Below are positions 39,469 to 52,026 of a stretch of 64,000 bases of DNA, piece after piece. Every line of letters starts with the position of its first letter. The stretch's first letter is position 1. Below the pieces are notes generated by a model that saw nothing but the letters and a program-made list of their open reading frames with translations, was not told the DNA's origin and made no database searches. The DNA comes from Macrostomum lignano (taxonomy: Eukaryota): NCBI GenBank assembly GCA_002269645.1, contig NIVC01000061.1, positions 1,138,610 through 1,202,609 on the forward strand, given 5' to 3'. The position numbers and the translations under genes were made by a program.

Positions 39469-41790
39469 ATGGAAGTCATCAGACAGTCCTCAACTGCGGA
39501 TTCGGCAGACGCAGGCTCCAAGTGCGTCATCTGCTTAGAAAGTCTAGCATCGGCGGCCGAGCTGGCCCGACCGTCGCCCTGTCAGCACCGCTTCTGCCGG
39601 GCCTGTCTCGAGGGACTGTGTCGGCAGAATCGACGCGAAGCTCGGTGCCCGCTGGATCGGCTGACGTTTTCCCGGTACTCGGTCGCTAGGCAAAATGCTG
39701 TCGGTGCCGCGGAGGTCATGCACGACGTTGAGACACTGGCACCGCTGAGACGGTTGTTCAGCTCGCTAGCTGAGCCGCTGGTAATCGGCTTTGTCTTGCT
39801 GGTGGTGCTGTGGGTGGCGCCAAGCTACAGCCTGGCGCTGCACATCATACTCAGTGGCGCCATCTTCTGGTACACGGATGGAGCGTGCGAGTTTACGCCC
39901 TACATTTTCCATGCTTCGGCGTTTTACCTCATTCTGCTGCCTGTACAGCACATCGGCTCGCTGGCGACTGTCTACAGTTTCTTCTGCGGCTTCCTGCTGG
40001 TGCGATGGTACAATCAGCTGCCGGAGCTGCGATCTACCGACTGGACACCGGAGAAGCTGATGACTACAGGGACTGCTCTGCTGCTTGTGGTCGTTTATCC
40101 TGTGCTGCAGTTCACCGTGTACACTCTGCTGCAGGTGTGATATAAAGTTAACATTTCGAGCCGGTGATAGCTTAAGCATCGGATTGGAGCCTGAAGGTCG
40201 GATAATGATCGAGTCGGATCAATCGAATAGAAATTCGGAACACCCCCCCCCCATTTTGGTCCCGTTCCTGTGATCCCGGGGATAACGTAGATGATTATGT
40301 GGGATTTCGGGCCACCTTAAGATCTAACTAGAATGGTAACTGTCTTCGAAGTCGTCTAAAATATGAAAAGCCAGTCGATTTCGTGGACGCCTAAGCACCC
40401 GCTGGAGGAAGTGGGACATCTCTGGTTGACTGGTCTCGCGGAGTACCTCGTAGGACTCGATTGCGGTTGGTTTGGTTTTGGATGACGGAATGCTTGAGAG
40501 ACTAGCTGAGAATGTCCAACAGTCGAGGCTTGCCCACTGTCGAGGCTTGATCGGCGAAACTAGAGAAATTCGCATCAGGGTGTCCATAGTCACCTGGTGC
40601 CACCTGTTGAAGGTCCAGAAGCTCCGCCTGGGTGAAGGCTAGTGACCAAAGAAGTCACAGCTGATGCAGGCACATGTGGTCGACGTGCTGTTGAAATTTG
40701 GAGACCTGGCAAGGCTGCACTGAGGCGCAGTGCTGATTGGCGCACAGGGGTGTACTGAATACACTAGCGCTTATGGGAAAAATCCGACCTTCTGGCAGAA
40801 TCGTCGAATATCTCGAGGGTCTGAAAGGCTGGCGACTTGATTCTTGTTTGAAAAGGTGCGCAACAAAAAGTTAGCCCGTGTTCTTGAATTTTATGTGCTA
40901 GCGTTGCTCCAATACGGTGCAACAAAAGTTTCAAGGGGGGGGGGGGATTCCCCCCCTCTTGGTAGCTCGACGGGCGGAAAAATGGCTTGGTATTCCTACT
41001 TGCCCCCCCCCCTCGCATTGACATTCACTTTCCTGGCTCAAATGTCCTTTTTTCCAGCATGCAGAACTGATGCTTTGTCTCATTAGTTTGAAGCTTTAGT
41101 GTCAAGGGTCAGCTTTTGGAGAAAAAACAATGTCGAAACATAATTCTTTCGCCAATTCACTTGCAGGCTTACGTCTACGCTCTGTGCATCATTCTGGGTT
41201 TCTCACTAATGGCCTCTTTAAATCATCAGCATGGCAACAAGTTCGCTTCGTTTAGCTTGTTATTCTTCTGCGCAGGCCACGCCCCTTACCTGTGCGAGGT
41301 GTCGGAGATCAGCCTGGGTCAGCTGGTCTACTCGTTCGCAGTGCTGCTCTACCTGACAGTCTGGCACACGCCGGATCTTCAGCAGTCTCGAGAGCACCTT
41401 CCGGAGCCCGATCTAATAGTGAAGACTGCGTGCTGCATCGCATTGCCTCTGCTGCTACGGCTGTCCGTGTGGAATGTCATCTACGTGACTGCTTGCAACG
41501 CGGTCCATCAGAATGCTCTGAAAGGATTCTTGGCCACGGACAGGGGCAAAGCAATGCTGCAGAGGGTCCCACTATTATTCATTGTGAACGCCGTGCTGGT
41601 TTTTATTGCACTGCCATGCAACCTGTTTGGCTTCTGGTCATACCTAGGCTGCTCAATATTTGTCCCCTGCACGAACTATCTATCTGGCATCCTTATTCAA
41701 GGCTTGACCGGCTCGCAAGCTGGCAACGTAGTCAGGTTAATTGTACAGTTTGGCGTTCTGGGAGTTCTGCTGCCAGCCTCGCTGTTTTGA
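39469..41790 (+). CDS. RING-finger (C3HC4-type, terminal CPLD) multipass membrane protein, probably two exons
   Basis: GCCACCATGG start at 39469. RING CVIC..CQHRFCRAC..CPLDR followed by hydrophobic helices. A phase-0 donor CAG|GTGTGA after 40134 matches a phase-0 acceptor CACTTGCAG|GCT at 41167, joining the two ORFs into about 429 aa. Alternatively these are two separate ORFs (39469-40140 and 41116-41790). Confidence 0.7.
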
Positions 41791-41976
41791 AATGTATTGC
41801 GCAGTCGTCGAGAGAAAGATAAACTTAATTACTGTAGCTTCTGGCTGGTGTCGAAATGTACATGTACTTATTTGCTCTAACTGGTACGAGCGCTATTTTA
41901 TACAGAATATATGTAATATAAAACTGAATCTTTAAACATTTGCAATGTCATTGTTCTCTTTTTTTATTAGATACCC

Positions 41977-42165
41977 GTACAAAATTCCGACAACCCGACG
42001 TACCCGACATACCAGCGACGTCAAACAGGTCTTTTTACACTTCGCCGACAGATAACGAATTTACGAGTACTCGACCAAACGATGTGAGCCATTTGCCAGC
42101 GAAGTCCATCGACGTCCGGTATGTCGGGTACGTTGGTCGACGCTTCCAACGTCGGACTGTTGTAC
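41977..42165. mobile_element. Small foldback/MITE-like element with nested inverted repeats
   Basis: Inner IR ACGTACCCGACATACC(AGC/G)GACGTC at 41998-42022 vs 42111-42133. Outer imperfect IR GTACAAAATTCCGAC / GTCGGACTGTTGTAC. Confidence 0.5.
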
Positions 42166-43201
42166 TGACAGATGCGTTTCTTCCTTGTTAATGGAAGCAG
42201 ATCTTAGTTGTCTTGTTTTATAGGCTCAATGTTGCACAGGAACAAATTCTTAAAATATTTTACTCAATGATTGTCGCATAATCTGAAACAGCAAAATAAT
42301 TTTAGCACGAGCGTCAACGCAAATAGCCTGTCTTTAAATGCATGAATACTGACGAATGTTAAAAGTTCAAGCTATTACGAGCTAAATGCAAAACGCATTT
42401 TCATTAATTTTCCATCAATAAGGAAACCTATGCAGTTAATTAAACATTCCATTCTTCTCAAAACTTGACTACACTCACGGACATTGCCCAAAATTTCTCT
42501 TCATGGCATTGACCGGCCATTGCCTAGAATTCCAATCTCAATGCAACCAATTAATTGAAGCCGAGTTTTTATCCAGCATCTTGCAAAGCGTATCTGCATC
42601 AGTCAATTTAAACGTTTATTTTAAGATTTAAATAATTAAACTGCATAGGAATTGCAAAATCAACAGTACAAAAAGCACACTGTCAGTATTAACATTTGAA
42701 TTTTTGTAGTTGATAAACACATACTGGTCGAGCAAAGTACTAAAAGTCATTAAATAAAAAATAATAAACTAGACTGTCGTTCTTATTCTTTCAGTAATTC
42801 TACTGTGACGAAGTAAATAGTAGTTAGCAGTGGTGTAGCGGTACACTTTTGTTTTGTTTCGAATGGGCTATTTATTTATAGTTTAAATGCATGGATAACT
42901 TAGAAGGTTAATAAGGGGCGAGAAAAGACGATCATGCTACGTCGCTACGAACACTGCAGATGGAAGAAGTAAATTTAAACGCATTTTATACTGCTGACTG
43001 TTTCTATGAATCATTCATTTAAACGAAGAATTATGTAAAAATTACAGTACGAGAATATAGTTAATGACGGAGCACATGAGAAGTATTAAATATAGGTACT
43101 AAATATAACTTAACAAATCAATAATTATGGAACAGAAATGACACTGTCACACTACGACTACAATTTGCTGATTTCTGTAGAAGTAAAGCCTACAGAAATG
43201 C

Positions 43202-43493
43202 CTAATTAAAGGAACATCCGTGAAAGGTGCAATTGTTGAAGGCAAACTTCGTACCAACAGAGTAGGCAGCTTCAGAGCAGACACTAACCTCCGTCGATAC
43301 TGCAGTCTCACCGACGATCTCAACAGCATCAGCATGTTCGGGTGACCCAGCTTCTTGCTCTAGATCATGACGATTCAATGCCAACCTGAACAGACTCACT
43401 CGTCTTTTGAAGCGACCGGTCGCGACGCTTGTCTAGGTACCTCCTAGTCGTTCGCTCGCTTAGCTGTCCAGTAATGCTCATTATATCGCTCAT
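43202..43493 (-). pseudogene. Possible C-terminal relic of a tyrosine recombinase (Crypton/DUF3504-like)
   Basis: 43493-43365 reads MSDIMSITGQLSERTTRRYLD, resembling the IMxxTGHxSxxxxxxY box that carries the catalytic Tyr. An adjacent frame ends FAFNNCTFHGCSFN. Short and frameshifted. Confidence 0.4.
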
Positions 43494-43799
43494 GCTGTGT
43501 AGGGCAAATGCTTCCAATCAATGAGCGGTGCCTCCATCTTTGCAGCCGTCCGCTTTTCTCTATCTGAGATTCCACCTCTAGACACGCGAATATACATATA
43601 TATATATATCTCTACATATAAAAATCAATATATATATACATACATGTAATTAGTTTAGGGTGGATGCAGAGTAAGGGGTGGGTAACTTTAGGTGCGCGAC
43701 TTAAAGGTGAGACATAGGCGAGGTGGAGGTAACCTTCTCTCAAACCCCTTAGCAGCTTCGACTGATAAGAATTCACGAAAGTGTACATAAAGTGCGTTG

Positions 43800-44205
43800 C
43801 TTTCACAAACGCGAAATTTCACAACCACTAAATCACCTACTCCTACTTTCATTAACGCGAAACTTCATAATCGCTAAACTTCACAACTGCTAAATCACCT
43901 ACTTTCACAACCGCGAAACTTTATAACCGCGAAACTTCACAACCGCTAAAAAAATTGCAGTCACTTTCATAAGCGCTAAACTTGACAAACGCGAAACTTC
44001 ACAACCACTAAATCACTTACTTTCATAAGCGCTAAACTTCACAAACAGGAAACTTCACAACTGCGAAACTTGACAAACGCGAAACTTCACAACCACTAAA
44101 TCACTTACTTTCATAAGCGCTAAACTTCACAAACAGGAAACTTCACAACTGCGAAACTTCACAAACGCGAAACTTCACAAAGGCGAAACTTCACAACCGC
44201 TAAAA
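43800..44205. repeat. Degenerate tandem repeat of AAACTTCACAACCGCG/CT and AAATCACTTACTTTC modules
   Basis: Direct inspection. Confidence 0.8.
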
Positions 44206-47200
44206 AGACTGTTGTACTCGTAAAAAGGAAAACAAAACAAATTATTCAATCTTATTTGCCTTCTCACTAAGCTCGCGAGTGCATTATCTTGAATTGATTT
44301 AGGGCGAACAAGCTACTTAGTATTCATCGCTGGATTTCTGTCCCGAAAACTTCAGCACATGAAGAGCAAGCAAAGTCTCATTCAGGCTACTGAAAACGGG
44401 GCCAGATGGGTAGTGCTCGTATAGTCGTAGCTCAGGAACAGCCGACTCTCGATGAAGTCCTAGCAGTTGAGCCCGAAGCTGGTGTCTTCTGTATTGATGT
44501 CGCTCGGCGGGGGATCAAGATGTCGCAATCCAGTTGAGGAAGGGGGAACGGAATCTCTAGGCTAGTCTTCTTTACACAGAAGACGGTTGAGTGCGGCCGG
44601 AGCGAAGGTGAGAACCAAAGGAGCCACCCTCAGCGGATGGACGAGCTGACCACCCCGGACAACATCCGTGCATGACCATCGCGCCTTTGTCTGAGATACC
44701 AGCCGGATGAGGGTCGTCGAAGCCACCCCTGCGAACCTGCCGGCTGGGCGCACCACAGGTTTAAACCTTAATATCTTTTACCTTGGGTTGCGATAGGGGC
44801 CTTGCGGCCAGCTAATCGCGGCGCCTGCCGCCCTCGTCAGTAGGTCAGTAGGGTCAAAAAGACGCCAAACCTGAAAATGTGCGGTTTAAATGGAAACTAA
44901 CTTTCCCGCGATTTGTTATAGTGGAACACGTCAATTCTGTTTGGTTGAGCCGATTTGTTAAAACGTACTTAAAATTTTCTGATCTCAGCTGAGCTTTTTC
45001 AAGCGATAAAAACGAGAAATCTTATCAGGCTCTGGGAACCCCCAAAAAGTGACAGCTGTGCGACCATAAATCATCCTATTTCGATACAAAATCATTTATA
45101 AGTCCAGAATCAACATGAAAATGTACACTACATCAGTGATGAAGAAGAGAGTGCAACGGGATAATCTACAAGATGACTAGGATTAAAACAAATAATCCTT
45201 TCATAGGGGCAAAAGGTCACAAATGTCAGAATGTCACCACGCTTGGATAATCTGCACAATAGGCTGGGTCTCATCATGTGATTGACGGCTTGTCGATCAA
45301 AAAATTTCGAAAAAGTCACGTGATTCACCCAGACCATCAGCCAGTAGACCCGCAAGCCGCCCAACCTTGACATCTGGTGATTTATGACTCGAAAAGTAAG
45401 CTGGTATAGAAGCCCAATGGAAAAGAAGAAAGAGGAAATTTATAAGAGTAAAAAGAGAAGCTAAAAGTGCTGAGGGGAAGTTAAGAATGTGGAATATAAG
45501 AGAAAAATGGAAAAGATTTCATTCCTACTAGCAGTAGTGATCGAGTGCGGTGCAACGGGAAGGAGCTCACGTGCCTTCACATCAGTCCATCCTAATCCAT
45601 ACCATTCAATCATAAGCATCGCACGCCATCGTTAACGCGCCTGCTGCTGCTAGACAATCTGAAGCTGCTGCTGGAGACGCCATTGGAGTTTCAGCATACG
45701 TACATGAACTGTAGCACGTGTCAGCACAGCCGACGTCCTGAGAGAGGCCGGTGGGAAAGAGCTTGTAAGACCCTCCTTTGGCCTCCGGCTTCTCTCTCTC
45801 TTTCTCTCTTTTTTGTCTTGGGTATTAGTCGTTATTTACTTTCCCGAGCCTCATATAGGGCTAATTACATGTACCTCGGCTGACGCAAAACATCATCTCG
45901 CTTGGACTGATATCTTGGAATGGAAGGTGCAGGGGCTGTTATAGATTCTTATCATACATATCTCTGCTGCTGTCCTTTGATTGTCCCCGGCCGTTAGGCA
46001 CCTTATCTTTTGGCCTCTGCTTCTGTCTTTCGAACTTAACTTTCACCTCGCTTAATATTCTTTCACCTTGACCTTTTTTATGCAAACTTATTCTTTGCTA
46101 ATTTCTTATAAGGATTAGAATCCCTAAGAGCTAAATCCGGACAAGGCCGGGTGCCCATGAGGCAAATTTTGACTTTGGCTGGCTTAGCTGCAGGGGGCAT
46201 CGTCTGACAAGGGGAACCCCTGCAGGTGGTCCTCTGAGTCCTGACCAGCGGTGGGGGAAGTACTCGGCTCGTTACGTCCGGGCGAACCGTGGTATCATAT
46301 AATCTCTCGGCTTCTCGGGTCTGCAAACGACCAAACGTCAGGGAGAACCAGGTCTCTCAAGCTGGGGTGTTCGTGGCGGTTGACAGAGACCGTCTTTCTT
46401 TAAAAAGCCGCGAGACCTATATAGGCACTGCATGACGGACTTGCTCGACAAGCAATAAGCTGAACTGGATCCAATTTGTAAAGTATAAATGTTGTCTCCT
46501 AAACTCGGGGATTATAGGTGCTATAAAGTTGTAATTATTGAATGGGAATAGCCGAGAAGAAAGTGAAACATTGTGCAAAGTGAGCTGCTGTTAAGGCAGT
46601 CAAATATTCAACAAAGTTAAATTGTTATACTGCTAGTTTTTTCTTGGAAGATCTGAACCGATTCTGGTTCTTGTAATCGGGGTGTGGTAGTTGGGGATAC
46701 CACAGTTTTTTCTATTTGCGCCCGGTTTTGGTCCTGTTCGCCCACCATGAGGTGCCCCTATGACGTGTTCTGCCATCTCCTGTTCCCGTGTTTGCCCCCT
46801 CTGTTGGTTCCCTTGTTGCGCCCTTTTGTGGTTTGTTTCCTTCCCTGTACGTTGTGGCCCCTTTGTTGCCCCTCCCATGCGTCTTTACTTTTTGCACGTT
46901 AATAAGTTCAATTTTATTTTGTTCATTCTGCGGCGCCATCCGTGGCTCCCGGCTTTGCCCCAATGTCGGCACCAATGCGTGTCCCAATCGATTATGTACC
47001 GCCCCTTTTGCAATTAACTCTGAAGCGATGTGCGACTTTAACTCGTCTTGACCCCTTATTTGACATACTTTTGGACTCCGTAGGACTTTTAGTGTTATTT
47101 CGTTGACTCTTTTATTTTGCTTATTAGTTCTATCTTACTTAATCCTCGGTACAGCTCAATAGTTTGCGACACCTATAATTACTTTATTTAGTTATTTATT

Positions 47201-47968
47201 CAGCACCCCGGCACGCCGGATCTTTAGGCTCTAGTAGTAGCGGCCCGTCGTTGATTAATTAATACTTGCTTAATAATTCTGATAATTTTGCCGTTAATAA
47301 TAATAATTAATAATAATTAATAATAATAACCACAACTAATATTTATTTTTTCTTTAATCAATCGAACCCAAGACACCCGGATTGCGATGAAATTGGGAAT
47401 ATTGCAATAAAATTGAAATAATTGCCGTAATTGCAATTTTATTTCCCTAAAATTAGTTTAATTGCAATTCACTTGTGCAAGTCACTTGTAATTATTGCAA
47501 TTCTACTAAAATGCTTTACTCTCTACTTAACAGTAGAATACTTAGAATATTAAATTGGACGAATTGCAATTTGATTGTGAACTTTAACTGTTTTATAATT
47601 TTGTGTTAGCGATAAAGGAAATGAGCCAATAACTACAGTTTAGATAGCCATATTTTGTAAAGATTTGTTTTAGCAGCATTTTTAAGAAAAATGTTTATAA
47701 TTTGTTTAAGCGATGTATTAAGATTTGCTTTAATTTTTTCTATAATCATAAGTTAGCCAGACAGCCTGAAGTATAGCTCTCCCTACTTGACTTGGTCTTG
47801 TTGTAATAGGCCCCTAGTTATGAACTCGTCATAATTATAATCAGCATTAATTAAAAGGCTAAGCCTGTAAAAGCTAACAAAATAATTATTCTAATAATAT
47901 TAATATAGTGCTTTTAATTTCAGTTTCAGTGACAGTAGCCTAGCCTCTATTTTATTTTAGGCCTAAGC

Positions 47969-48124
47969 CTAGTTCCCAGTGAGCTCCGCGAAACCCACAA
48001 ACCCAAGGACACGCGCGAAGCGCGTGTCCTTGGGTTTGTGGGGTGAGCGGAGCGAACGCGCGAGGCACAAAGTGCCGAGCATGAGGAACAAACAGCCAGC
48101 CAATGCGCGAAGCGCATTGGGTGG
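47969..48124. other. Cluster of DNA hairpins with GCGAAGC caps, possibly the end of a Helitron-like element
   Basis: Perfect 23-bp stem with GAA loop at 47994-48042. Second GAA-loop stem at 48096-48124. Small GGCAC-AAA-GTGCC stem at 48064-48076. CTAG at 47969-47972. Confidence 0.6.
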
Positions 48125-50311
48125 TCTGGCTTGTGACGAATATAATAATATGAGACGTGTGCATCGAAAAAATGACAAGAAAAATCTCACAAAAACTGCT
48201 GTAACTTCAAAACTACAAGTGCGAATTTCACAAGTGAGGTGTCATTTTAAAGAGAAGAATCTGATCTATTTAACGAGTATAGTTTTGTATGGATTCACTG
48301 CGGAGAAAAGGAACAGGCTTCAGTTGAAATGTTTGTCTTAAGATTATGTCTTTACAAAAGTGCATTTCCTCATGCACATTAAAACTCGAGCTAAAAATGT
48401 TCGAGGGTTATAGGTGCGCCTTACTAAGATGCATAACATTATTGGGTTGTTTTTTTCAATTGTATCAAAAAGTTGGCACTTTGGTTGCAAAAAATGCAAA
48501 AATTGAAAATGTACTTTTACAGTTTTTTGCATTTTTTTCTATACTGCTAATAGTTAAGCATACATACTATGCACCAATTGATGCGCAATTCAAAGATACA
48601 CAAGTGTGGAAGTTTTCAATTCTTAAACATTTGAAATCAGAAAGTTATCGACGAAAGACTAAAAATCATGATCTCAAACTGATTTGAGGAAAAGTGCTCA
48701 TTATAATTTTTGGAATATGGAACTGGAAGAAACAATTCAACGCCGTCATCTAATTCCAAACTAACTGTACTTTAAGGTACTGCGATGATTTTTTTATTGA
48801 AAGAGCGAAACCTGTTTAAATATTTGAAAAAATGGAAAAAATTACCTTTTTTTATAGAAATACACTCTTTTGACTGCTTAATCCGATTTCCAACAACAAA
48901 ATAGTTGCTTTCCTGCTGGTGCAAACCGTTATTAGGGTGAATTTTCAAAATTGCATACTGTGCCAAAAGTAAACTGAAGCTTAATATTTATAAACATTAG
49001 AAACGGGACCACTAATGGGTATTTTACTTTGGTTACTTACTATGGACTAAACTGGCACTGGCAGAGACAGATTTGAGAGAAACTAATTGCTCCATTGTAT
49101 TTGTATTTGGCTCCAGCGTTACAAATTACAATAGCTATTTCGGGGTCTAACCGGCTAAGTTATCAAAAAAGCTAGATACCAATCACCAGTTTCATCATCA
49201 GCTATACCTAACCTACCACGATTTTATAGTCACATGCAACAGTAATACCCTCCTTTAAAAGTTTTCAATATCTAAAATGATGTGTTAAATTTTATAAAAT
49301 TTCATAAACAGTGAAATTTTAGCTGTTTACGTGCTGGTGGTTTGAACGTAGCTACTTTGTGCGAAAATACACTGTCATTAATACCGTACCTATTATTGTA
49401 TTTATTGTATTGAAAGTTGATGTGTAAATTGTACTTTTCTATTTTTTTGTCATTCGTTATCGCACTCGGGCCGGCCTGCCTGCCTTGTGGGGTGTGGTGG
49501 CCTTGGCCACTTTCTCCCCCTTCTGCTAGGATCCAAAGCAAGCTTTCAAGTGTACATTTAATATTATCGATCGATTATTTAAAACAAGCCTCTAGTGGCT
49601 GGTGTTGAGAGTGAGTGGCCTTGAGTGTACGCGAAAGCAAGAGGAAGCCCATGGGCGGACTATATGAACCTTCCTTTAGTGGAAAGTTGGGCCTTGTGCA
49701 TTGGATAGTGTACGCTACACAAGACAGAAGGTAAAGAAAAAGAGAACGACAGGCTAGCCAATAGCGATAGCATGTGCTTCTTTCTCTCCAGTCCACTATG
49801 GTAGGGGGGGAGGGGGGTGTCAGACGGCCCAACTCTAACCCCCATACCCAAAACAGCGTACATGTAGAATAAGAAGGGATTGGGTCCAGATAAGTCTTCC
49901 CAAATGTACATGTATGTACAAAGACAAACACAGACAAGAAAAATGGCTCTAAAAACCATTGTTATTGTTACACTGTGTGTCTATTTTTATTAACTTGACT
50001 TTGACTTGTCTTTACTCTAGCATGGTCAAGGATAATTACTGTTACTTCATACCTAATTTACAATTAATTGCATAAGATTAAGAAGGAATAATACAATCGA
50101 GGTCGAACCCATGATCACTTGACCCACCCACCCATGATCACTTCTGATTCTGACCTACATGTATCTACTATATCCTGCCAGTTTCTCCAGTTTTATGGGT
50201 CTTGGTGTCGGTGATTCGAGCAATTCCATTACATTTTATCGGTGCAGTGCGTCTATTAATGCTTAGCTACTTGTATATGTGTTGCAGAACTTATGCTCGT
50301 AGTTTCCCTTC

Positions 50312-51093
50312 TAGGGATGTTGACCCCGGGAGTGCTCCCCGGGGAGCTTGTCGGGGAATACTCTCCGGGGAATTTAACCGGGGACCCTGGGGAGAAAAAA
50401 TATGAAAAAATGCATTTGTAACTTAATTTTTGCCATTAAAATAAGAAACTGATTCACAGAAAGCTGATTGAAACTCTGTCTATGCTCTTTTACCGCATAA
50501 TTGCTTATTTCAATGCATTACATGTATAATTTGAAACACAACACACGTTTGATTGTTTTTTCACTAATAAGTCATTCAATCAAGCAAATTGCACGTAGAA
50601 AAGAAACCCGTCAGGAAAAAGAAGCCTTACTGACTAGTGACTGCTGTGCTGGTCTGCGTTGACGGCTTGACGCAGGCGCAGCGCTGCGTCATGCGTCAGG
50701 CACTGACGCATAGGGGGTGTCATACATATACTCCCTATTAGACAAGGACAAAATGGTGATTTACATATATATGCAAGAAATAAAATTCCGATTATAAAAA
50801 CAGTCTCATTCATTAATTATCCTCTCACGAGCGTAGCTGTTTAGCATGCATTCCAACAAATGCACTTTTCCGATAAAGGTGCGCGCACGATTTCGTGATG
50901 CCACATTGTCAAATACAGTTTAAAAAAACATTGTTTAAAATTTTTACCCCTGCGCCTTGAACATGTAGTACAAAGCTTAAATCAAAGTTTAAAAAATTCC
51001 ACATACAATTTAAGTGATCCGCCGTTTTTACTTATTTTTTCTTTTCACCGGGGTCCCCGATAAGATAATTCCCTGGGGAATCGACATCCCTAA
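50312..51093. mobile_element. hAT-type non-autonomous element (MITE)
   Basis: Ends TAGGGATGTTGA / TCGACATCCCTA(A). 8-bp direct repeat TTCCCTTC at 50304-50311 and 51094-51101. Subterminal CCGGGG repeats. Confidence 0.8.
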
Positions 51094-51344
51094 TTCCCTT
51101 CCTATAAATCATTTGACGTTAGAGACATTTTACAACTCTCGCCCTACTTTATCTATTAGGCTAACTTTATGTATGACACGACGCAAAATATTAGGAGCAT
51201 CAGCGTTAATAATGCCTTGAAAGTCTTTAAATAATCGATACAACACTAGGTATTATAAAATTCCAACCCCAAAGCTCACTGGGGCGAAAAGACTTTGTCT
51301 TCATTAACTAGTATCTTTAATTAATTTATTTTTTCTCTAATAAG

Positions 51345-52026
51345 TAGTGTTCCGCTGTAAGGAAGATCCATATACTATAGCCATAGCCATAGGCCTAGCT
51401 GTAAGCAAAACTATGGCTTATTCCAATTTTCCATATTCCGTAGCCATAGCATAGGGACCTTAATATTACCATATTCCTATAGGCTGTAGCCGCTGTAGTT
51501 CCCATAGCCATGCCATAGTTTTAACAAAAAGTCTAGAAAACAAAATATTTTGAATCAAGAAGATAACCTAGTACTTAAACAACTGCAAATTAAGTTATAA
51601 AATAAAAGAAACACTCAATTGCCTTTGTAAGATTATATTTTGTCTTTTTTCAAAGCAACAATACTTAATCATTACTGAAAGTACTAATGCTGAACTTTTT
51701 CACATTAATAAAAATTAGAGTTTGCTAGTGTTTGCTTGTACTTTATTAGGTATATTTTAATAGTTTCTAAGTTGATAATATAGTTTACCAAAAGTAGTCC
51801 TATATTTATTTTACTCTACTTGTTTCTAATATTTTTTCAATTTTTTAACATTTATAACTACAGCTATGGGAATCTACAGAATGTGACAACAACTACCATA
51901 TTTCTGTATTGGTAGCCATAGGAGCAGCTAGCTACTATAGGCATATCTGTAGCTGCCATAGGCACCTATTTTACCATATTTGCCATAGGATCCCATAGCC
52001 ATAGCTATGGCTATGGTGGAATACTA
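51345..52026. mobile_element. hAT-type non-autonomous element (MITE)
   Basis: Ends TAGTGTTCCGC / GTGGAATACTA. Flanking 8-mers CTAATAAG / CTAATAGG (7/8). Subterminal CCATAG/CTATGG repeats at both ends. Confidence 0.75.

Noticed and set aside
45150-45260. GIY-YIG-like peptide (GIIYKMTRIKTNNPFIG) suggesting a Penelope relic
   Set aside because: Weak match, immediately interrupted by stops, with no RT sequence recognised nearby.
44300-46500. Possible LTR or retroelement remnants (GC-rich patches, purine/pyrimidine tracts)
   Set aside because: No paired LTRs, PBS/PPT or gag/pol motifs identified by eye.
47205-47260. Helitron-like 3' end (ACGGGCCGCTACTACTAG, minus strand)
   Set aside because: The complementary arm of the expected subterminal hairpin is absent.
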